Assembly (NCBI RefSeq): GCF_009914755.1
Contig: NC_060936.1
Reading direction: 5' to 3' (one strand)
From: the human T2T-CHM13v2.0 reference genome, Homo sapiens
Length of the DNA: 64,000 nt
Below, one piece after another: positions 55,136 to 64,000 of this stretch (the stretch's first letter is position 1; each line of letters opens with the position of its first letter). The notes under the pieces are model-generated. The model was given only the letters and a program-made list of their open reading frames with translations. It had not been told where the DNA came from and made no database searches. The position numbers and the translations under genes are program-made.

Positions 55136-58100
55136 ACAAAGCTTCCATCTAGTTCTTCTCTGAAGATATTTTCTTTTCCACCATAGGCCTCAATGTGCTC
55201 CCAGGTATCCCTTCACAGATTCTACAAATACAGTGTTTCCAAACAGTTCCATCAAAGGACTTACCTCTGTGAGATGAATGCACACATCAGAAAGCAGTTT
55301 CTCATAACCTTTCTTCCAAGTTTTTATCTGAAGATATTTACATGTTCACCATAGGCTTTTTTGCGCTACCAAATATTTCTTAGCAGATTTTGCAAAAACA
55401 GTAATTCCAAAAGCCTCAGTCAAAAGAAGGGTTTAACACTGTGAGATAAATGCACACATCACAAAGCAGTCTCTCAAAAAGCTTCCTTCTAGTTTTTATG
55501 TGAAGATGTTTCCTTTATCACCATAGGATTCAATGCGCTCCCAAATATCCCATCGCAGATTCTACGAAAACAGTGTTTCAAAGCTGCTCAATCAAAAAAC
55601 AGGTTTAACTCTGTGAGTTCAATGCACACATCACAAAGCAGTTTCTCAAAAAGTTTCTTTCTAGTTTTTATCTGAAGATGCGGCCTTTTTCACCATAGGC
55701 CTCAGTGTGCTCCCAAATATCCCTTTGCAGATTATACAAAAACAGTGTTTCCAAAGTGCTCAGTCAAAAGAAAGGTTTAACCATGTCGGATGACTGCTCA
55801 CATCATAAGGCAGTTTCCCAGATAGTTTCTGTCTAGTTCTTCTCTGAAGATATTTCCTTTTTCACCATAGTCCTAACTATGCTTTCAAATATCCCATTGT
55901 AGATTCTAAAAAACAGTGTTTCCAAACTGCTCAATCAAAAGAAGGTTTAAATCTGTGTGAAGAAAGCACACATCACAATGGGGTTTCTCGAAACTTCTTT
56001 GTAGTTTCTACCCGAATTTATTTAGCTTTTCATCATTGGCCTCAGTGTGCTCCCAAGTATCCCTTCACAGATTCTACCAACAGAGTGTTTCCAAACTGCT
56101 CAGCCAAAAGAAATGTTTAACTCTGTGAGATGAATGTGCACATCACAGAGTAGTTTCTCTGAAAGCTGCTTCCTAGTTTTTATCTGGAGATATTTCCTTT
56201 TTCACTGTAGGCCTCAATGTGCTTCAAAATAACCCTTCGCAGATTCTGCCAAAAGGGTGTTTTCAAATGGCTCCACCAAAGGAAAGTTTAACACTGTGAA
56301 ATCAATGGACACATCACAAATCAGTGTCTCAGAAAGCTTCTTTCCAATATCTATCTGAAGATATTTCCTTTTTCACTATAGGCCTGTTTGGCTACCTGAT
56401 ATAACTTTGCAGATTATAGAAAAATAGTTTAACTCTGTGAGATAAATGTGCACATCACAATGCAGTTTCTCAAAAAAGCTTCCTTCTAGTTTTTATGCAA
56501 AGATATTTCCTTTATCACCATAGATTTCAATGCGCTTCCAAATATCCCATCACAGATTCTACAAAAATAGTGTTTTCAAGCTGCTCAATCAAATAAGAGG
56601 TTTAACTCTGTGAGTTGAGCACACGCATCACAAAGAACTTTCTCAAAAAGCATCTTTCTAGTTTTTATCTGAAGATATTTGCCTTTTCACCATATGCCTG
56701 AAAGCATTCAAAAATATGCCTTTGCAGATTCTACACATAGTGTTTCCAACTGCTCCTTAAAAAGAAAGTTTTACTTCTCTAAGATGAATGCACACATCAC
56801 ATACTAGTTTCTCAGAAAGCTTCTTTCTCGTTTTTCTCTGAAGATATTTCTTTTCACCATCAACCTCAATGTGCTCCCAAAAATCCCTTCTCAGATTCTA
56901 CAAAAACAGTGTTTCCAAGCTGCTCCATAAAAGCAAAGTTTTAAATATGTGAGGTGAATGCACACTTCACAAAGCAGTTTCTCACAAAACTTCTTTCTAG
57001 TTTTTATCTGAAGGCATTTCCCTTTTTATCATAGGTCTCAAGGTGCTCCAAAATATATGTTTGCAAATATTATAAACACAGTGTTTCCAAACTTCTCCAT
57101 CAAACGAAAGATTTTACTCTATGAGATGATTGCAAATATCTTTGCAATATCTTTGCACACATCACAAAGCAGTTTCTCACAAAGCTTTTTTTCAGTTTTT
57201 ATCTGAAGATATTTCCTTATTCAACATTGGCCTCAATGAGCTCCCAAATATCCCTACACTGATCCAACAAAAACAATGTTTACAAGCTGCTCCACATAAA
57301 TAAATGTTTAATTCTGTGAGAAGAAAACACACAACACAAAGCAGTTTCTCAGAACGCTTCTGTCTACTTTTTGTGTGAAGTAATTTCCGTTTTCACCATA
57401 AGACTGGAAGTGCCTCCAAATATGCCTCCGTAGATTCTACAAATACAGTGCTTCCAAACTGCTCCTTCAAAAGAAAACTTTAACTCTGTGAGATGAATGT
57501 CCACTTCACAAAGCAGTTTCTCAGAAAGTTTATTTCTAGTTTTTCTCTGAACATATTTCCTTTTTCACAATAGGCTTCAATGCACTCCAGAGTATCCCTT
57601 TGCAGGTTCTACAAAAACAGTGTTTCCAAGCTGCTCCACCAAAAGTAAGGATTAAATCTGTCACATGAATGCACGCATCACAAAGCAGTTTCTCAGAAAG
57701 CTTCATTCTAGTTTTTATGTAAATGTATTTCCTTTTTCACGATAGGCCCCAATGCACTCCAAAATATCCCTTCACAGTTTAAAAAAAAAAAACACGGTTA
57801 ACAAACAGCACCATCAAAAGAATGGTTTAACTCTGTGAGACGAATGCACACATCACAAAGTAGTTTCTCAGAAAGCTTCTTTCTAGATTTATCTGAAGAT
57901 ATTTCTTTTCACCATAGGCCTCAATGGACTCCTAAATATCCCTTTGCAGATACTACAAAAACAGTGTTTCCAAAATGCTCCACCAAAGGAAAGGTTTAAC
58001 TCTGTGAGGTGAAAGCACACATCACAAAAGTTTCTCAGAAAGCTTCTATCTAGTTTTTCCTGAAGTTATTTCCCTTTTCACCATAGTTCTGAAAGCGCTC

Positions 58101-61100
58101 CAAAATATGGCTTCACAGATTCTACAAATACAGAGTTTTCAAACTGATCTTTCAAAGGAAAGGTTTAACTCTGTGATCTGAATGGACATATCACAAAGCA
58201 GTTTCTCAGAAAGATTCTTTCTAGTTTTTCTCAGAAGATATTTCCCTTTTCACAATAGACCTCAATGTGCACAGAAGAATCCCTTCATAGATCCTACAAA
58301 TACAGTGTTTCCAAGCTGCTCCATTAAAAGAAAGCTTTAACTCAGTGAGTTGAAAGAACACATCACAAAGCAGTTTCTCAGAAAGCTTCATTCAAGTTTT
58401 AGTCTAAAGATATTTCCTTTTTCACCATAGGCCTCAATGTGCTCTGAAATATCTCTTTGCTGTTTCTACAAAAACAGACTCAACAAACTGCCACATCAAA
58501 AAAAAGATTTACCTCTGTGAGATGAATGCACACATCACAATGTAGGTTTTCAGAAATTATCTTTTTAGTTTTTCTCTGGGGATATTTATTTTTCAACACA
58601 GGACTCAATGCACTCCCAAATATCCCTTCACTGATTATACAAAAACAGGGTTTACAAACTACTCTATCAAAAGAAAGGTTTAACTCTGTGAGATGAAAGC
58701 ACACATCAAAAAACAGTTTCTCAGAAAGCTTCTGTCTAGTGTTTATCTGAAGGTATTTCCTTTTCACCATAGGCCTGAAACCATTCCCAAATATACCTTT
58801 GCAGATTGTAAAAATACACCGTTTTCAAACTACTCCTTCAAAGGTAACATTTAATTCTGTGAGATGAATGGACACATTACAAAGAAGTATCTCAGAAAGC
58901 TTCTTTCTAGTTTTTCTGTGAAGATATTTCCCTTTTCATCACAGGCCTTAATGCACTCCCAAATATCCCTTTGCAGATTCTATAAAAACACTGATTCCAA
59001 AGTGCTCCATCAAAAGAAAGGTTTAAATCTGTGAGATGAGTGCACACATCATAAAGCAGTTTCTCACAGGGCTTCTTTCTAGTTTCTCCCTGAAGATATT
59101 TCCTTTTTCACAAAAGTCCTCAATGCACTCCCAAATATCTCCATGCACATGCCACAAATAAAGTGTTTCCAAACTGCTCCATCAAAAGAAAGGTTTAAAT
59201 CTGTCAGATGAATGCTCACATCACAAAGCAGTTTCTTAGAAAGCTTCATTCTAGTTTTTGTCTAGAGATATCTCCATTTTCACAGTAGGCCTAAATGCAC
59301 TCTGAAATATCCCTTCACAGTTTATACAAAAAAAGGGTTTACAAACAGCTCCATCAAAAGAAAGGTTTAACTCCAGGAGACGAATGCACACATCACAAAG
59401 TAGTTTCTCAAAAGGTTCTTTCTAGTTTTTCTCTGTAGATATTTCCTTTTCACCATAGAACTCAAAGCTCTCCAAAATATCCATTCGCAGATTACACAAA
59501 AACCATGTTTACAAGCTGCTCCATCAAAAGAAATGTTTAACTCTGTGAGGTGAATGCACACATCATAGAATAGTTTCTCAGAAAGCTTCTTTCTAGATTT
59601 ATCTGAAAATATATCTTTTCACCATAGGCCTCAAGGCACTCCCAAATATCCCTTCACAGATTCAATGAAAACATTGTTTCCAAACAGCTCCACCAAAAGA
59701 AAGGTTTATCTCTGTGAGGTGAAAACACACATCACAAACCAGTTTCTCAGAAAGTTTCTATCTAGTTTATATCTGAAGTTATTTCCCTTTTCCCTATAGG
59801 CCTGAAAGTGCTCCCAAATACATCTTCACAGATTGTACAAATACAGAGTTTTTAAACTGCTCCTTCAAAGGAAAGGTTTCGCTCTCTGAGATGAATGCAC
59901 ACATCACAAAATAGTTTCTCAGAAAGCTTCTTTCTAGATTTAGCTAAAGATTTTTCTTTTCACCATAGGCTTTAATGAGTTCCCATATGTTCCTTCACAG
60001 ATTCTATGAAAAGAGTGTTTCCAAACTGCCACACGAAAAGATAGGTTTAAATCTGATAGATGAAAGCACAAATCACAAAGTAGTTTCTCAGAAAGCTTCT
60101 TTTTAGTTTTCTGTCAAGATATTTATTTTCACCATAGGCCTCAATGAGCTCCCAAATATCCCTTCACAGATTCTACAAAAACAGTGTTTCCAAACTGCCC
60201 CACCAAAAAAAAGGTTTAACTCAGTGAGATAAAAGCACACATCACAAAGCAGATTCTCAGAAAGCTTCTGTCAAGTTTCTCTCTGATGACAGTTCTCTTT
60301 TCACCAAGAGCCTTAATGTGCTCCCAAATATCCCTTTGCAGATTCTACAAAAACAATGATTCCAAACTGCTCCATCAATAGAAAGGTTTAGCTATGTGAG
60401 ATGAATGGACACATAACAAAGCAGTTTCTCAGAAAGCTTCTTTCTAGTTTTTCTCTGAAAATATTTCATTTTTCACAACAGGCCCCCATCCGCTCCCAAA
60501 TATCCCTTTGCAGATTCTAAAAATACAGTATTTCCAAACTGCTCGATCAAAAGTAAGGTTTAACTCAGTGAGATGAATGGACTCATCACAAAGCAGTTTC
60601 TCAAAATGCTTAATGCTACTTTTTTCTACAGATATTTCCCATAGGCCTCAATACATGCCGAAATATCTGTTTGCTGTTGACACAAAGACAGAGTTTACAA
60701 ACATCTCCATCAAAAAAAAGATTTAACTCTGTGAGATGAATGTGAACATCACTAAGTAGTTTCTCAGAAAGTTTATTTCTAGTTTTTCTCTGAAGATATT
60801 TCATTTTCACCATAGGACTCAAAGCTCTCCCAAACACCCATTCGCAGGTTAGACAAAAACAGGGTTAACAAACTGCTCCATCAAAGGGACATTTTAACTC
60901 ACTGAGATGAATGCACATATCATGAAGTGCTTTCTCAGAGAGCTTCTTTCTAGATTTATCTGAAGATATTTCTTTTCACCTTTGACTTCAATGTGCTCCC
61001 AAGTGTCCCTTCGCTGATCACACAAAAACAATGTTTCCAAGCTGCTACACCAAAACAAAAGTTTAAATCTGTGAGATGAAAGCACACATCATAAAGCAGT

Positions 61101-64000
61101 TTCACAGAAAGCTTCTGTCTAGTTTTTATCTGAAGATATTTCCCTTTTCACAATAGGCCTAAAACCACTCCCAAGTATGGCTTCACAGATTCTACAAACA
61201 CAGTGTTTTCAAACTGCTCATTCAAAGGAATGTTTAAACTCTGTGAGATGAATGGACACATCACAAGCAGTTTCTCAGAAAGCTTCCTTCTAATTTTTCT
61301 CTGGAGATATTTATCGTTTCACCACAGGCTTTAATGCACTCCCAAATATCCATTCCCAAATACTACAAAAACAATGTTTCCAAACTGCTCCATTAAAAGA
61401 ACAGTTTAACTCGGTGACATGAATGTACACATCACAAAGCAGTTTCACAGAAAGCTTCATTCTAGTTTTTGTCTAAAGATATTTCCCTTTTCACTGAAGG
61501 CCTCAAAGTGCTTCGAAATATACCTTCACCATTTTTACAAAAATAGGCTTAACAAATGGCTGCATCAAAAGAACGGTTTAACTCTGTGAGATGAATGCAC
61601 ACTTTACAAAGTAGTTTCTAAGAAAGCGTCTGTCTAGTGTTTATCTGAAGATATTTTCCTTTTCACTGTAGACTTGAAAACACTCTCAAATATGGCTTTG
61701 CAGATTCTACAAATACAGTGTTTTCTAAGTCTTCCTTCAAAGGAAAGTTTTAACTCTGTGAGATGAAGGACCCAGCTCAAAGCAGTTTCTCAGACACCTT
61801 CTTTCTAGTTTTTCTCTGAAGATATTTCTCTTTTCACTGCAGGCCTTAATGTGCTCCCAAATATCCCTTTGCTGATTCTACAAAAACAGTGATTCCAAAC
61901 TGCTCTATCAAAAGAAATGTTTAACTCTGTTTTTCTCTGAAGATATTTCCTTTTTCAAAATAGGCCTCAAGCACTCTGAAATATCACTTCACAGATTCTA
62001 CAAAAACGGTGTTTACAAACTACTCCATCAAAAGAAATCTTTAACTCTATGAGATGAAAGCACACATCACAAAGCAGTTTCTCAGAAAGCTTCTATCTAG
62101 TGTTTATCTGGACATATTTCCCTTTTCACCATAGGCCTGAAAGCACTACCAAATGTGGCTTTGCAGATACTACAAATACAGTGTTTTCAAACTGTTCCTT
62201 CAAAGGAAAGGATTAACTCTGTGAAATGAATGTGTACATCACAAAGCAGTTTCTCAGAAAGCTTCTGTCTAGTTTTTATGTGAAGATACTTCCTTTTTCC
62301 CCATAGGTCTCATACCGCTCACAAATATCCCTTTGCAGATAATACAAAAAGACTGTTTCCAAACTGCTCAATCAAAAGAAAGGTTCAACTTTGTGAGATG
62401 AATGCAAACATCACAAAGAGGTCTCTCAGAAAGCTTCTGTCTAGTTTTTATGTGAAGATATGTTCTTTTTCTCCATAGGCCTCAAACTGCTCACAAATAT
62501 CCCTTTGCAGATTCTCCATAAAGACTGTTTCCAAACTGTTGCAGCAAAAGAAATGTTTATCTCCGTGAGATGAATGCACACATCACAAAGCTGTTTCTCA
62601 GAATGCTTCATTATAGTTTTTGTCTAAAGATACTTCCATTTTCATCATAGGCCTCAATGTGCTCTGAAATATCACTTCGCGGTTTATAAAGAAACAGGGT
62701 TAAGAAACTGCTCCATCAAAAGAAATGTTAAACTCTGTGAGATAAATTCGCAAGTCACAGAGTAATTTCACAGAAAGTTTCTTTCTAGTTTTTCTCTGAA
62801 GATATTTCCTTTTCACCCTAGGACTCAATGAGCTCCCAAAAGTCACTTGGCCGATTATACAAAAACAGAGTCTACAAACTACTCCATCAAAAGAAAGGTT
62901 TAATTCTTTGAGATGAAAGCACACATCACAGAACAGGTTCTCAGAAAATTTCAGCCTAGTTTTCATCCGAAGATATTTCCCTTTTCACCATAGGCATGAA
63001 AGCGTTCCCAAATATGGCTTTGCAGATTGTGCAAATACAATGTTTTCAAACTGCTCCTTCAAAGGAAATGTTTAACTCTGTGAAATGAAGGGACACATAG
63101 GAAAGCAGTTTCTCAGAAAGCTCCTTTCTAGTTTTTCTTTGAAGATATTTCTCCTTCCACCACAGGCCTTAAGGTGCTCCCAAATATCCCTTTGCAGATT
63201 CTACAAAAACAGTGACTCCAAACTGCTCCAACAAAAGGAAGCTTTAACTCTGTGAGATGAATGCACACATCTAAAAGAAGTTTCTCAGAAAGCTTCATTC
63301 TAGTTTTTGTCTGAAGATATTTCCATGTTGACTGTAGGCCTCAAAGTGCTCTGAAATATCCCTTCACCATGTATACAAAAATAAGTGGAACAAACTGCTC
63401 CATCAAAAGAATGGTTTAACTCTGTGAGATGAATGCACACAACACAAAGAAGTTTCTCAGAAAGCCTCTGACTAGTGTTTATCTGAAGATATTTCCCTTT
63501 TCACCATAGGTTTGAAAGCGCTCCCAAATATGGCTTCACAGATTCTACAAATACAAAGTTTTCAAAGTCCTCCTTCAAAGGAAACATTTAACGCTGTGAG
63601 GTCAACAGACACATCTCCAAGCAGTTTCTCAGAAAGCTGCTTTCTAGTTTTACTGTCAAGATATTTCTCTTTTCACCACAGGCCTTAATGCGATAGCAAA
63701 TATCCCTTTGCAGATTGTACAAAAACAATGATTCCAAACTGTTCCATCAAAAGAAACGTTTAACCCTGTGAGTTGAATGCACACATCGCAAAGCAGTTTC
63801 TCAGAAAGCTTCTTTCTAATTTTTCTCTTAAGATATTTTGTTTCTCACAATGGGCCCCAAAGCACTCTTATATATCCTTTGGGGATTCTACAAATACAGT
63901 GTTTCCAAATTGCTCCATTAAAAGAAAGTTTTATCTCAGTGAGATGAGTGCACACAACACAAAGCAGTTTCTCAGAAAGTTTTATTCTAGTTTTTGTCTC
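55136..64000 (-). repeat. Monomeric alpha satellite; monomer subtype changes after ~56.5 kb
   Basis: 171-bp motifs continue. New recurrent variants (ggcctgaaagc...aatatggc...ctccttcaaagg) replace the earlier cassette. Confidence 0.96.

Overview
Primate pericentromeric DNA, almost certainly human because it carries an AluYa5. About 56 kb is diverged monomeric alpha satellite (~171-bp units, roughly 330 monomers, conventional consensus on the - strand). The monomers read as A-type (pJ-alpha box), and I saw no CENP-B box. Five retrotransposons interrupt the array: a full-length but dead L1 (L1PA4-like, retaining the ~129-bp 5'UTR segment bound by ZNF93), a 5'-truncated L1PA3-like copy, and three minus-strand AluY-family elements. 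No functional gene is supportable; the satellite ORFs are spurious. The most striking unexplained feature is a 100%-identical 201-bp inverted copy (46691-46891) of 46148-46348, exactly two monomer lengths (342 bp) downstream, with a fold-back hairpin at its junction. Several smaller hairpin-forming complex mutations suggest recurrent template switching. The 'monomeric' array also shows fossil higher-order structure (10-mer tandem duplication, recurring multi-monomer blocks, a shared 18-bp duplication), a subfamily boundary near 56.5 kb and a two-monomer foreign island near 62.3 kb. I found no evidence for a new protein-coding system. All alignments were done by eye.
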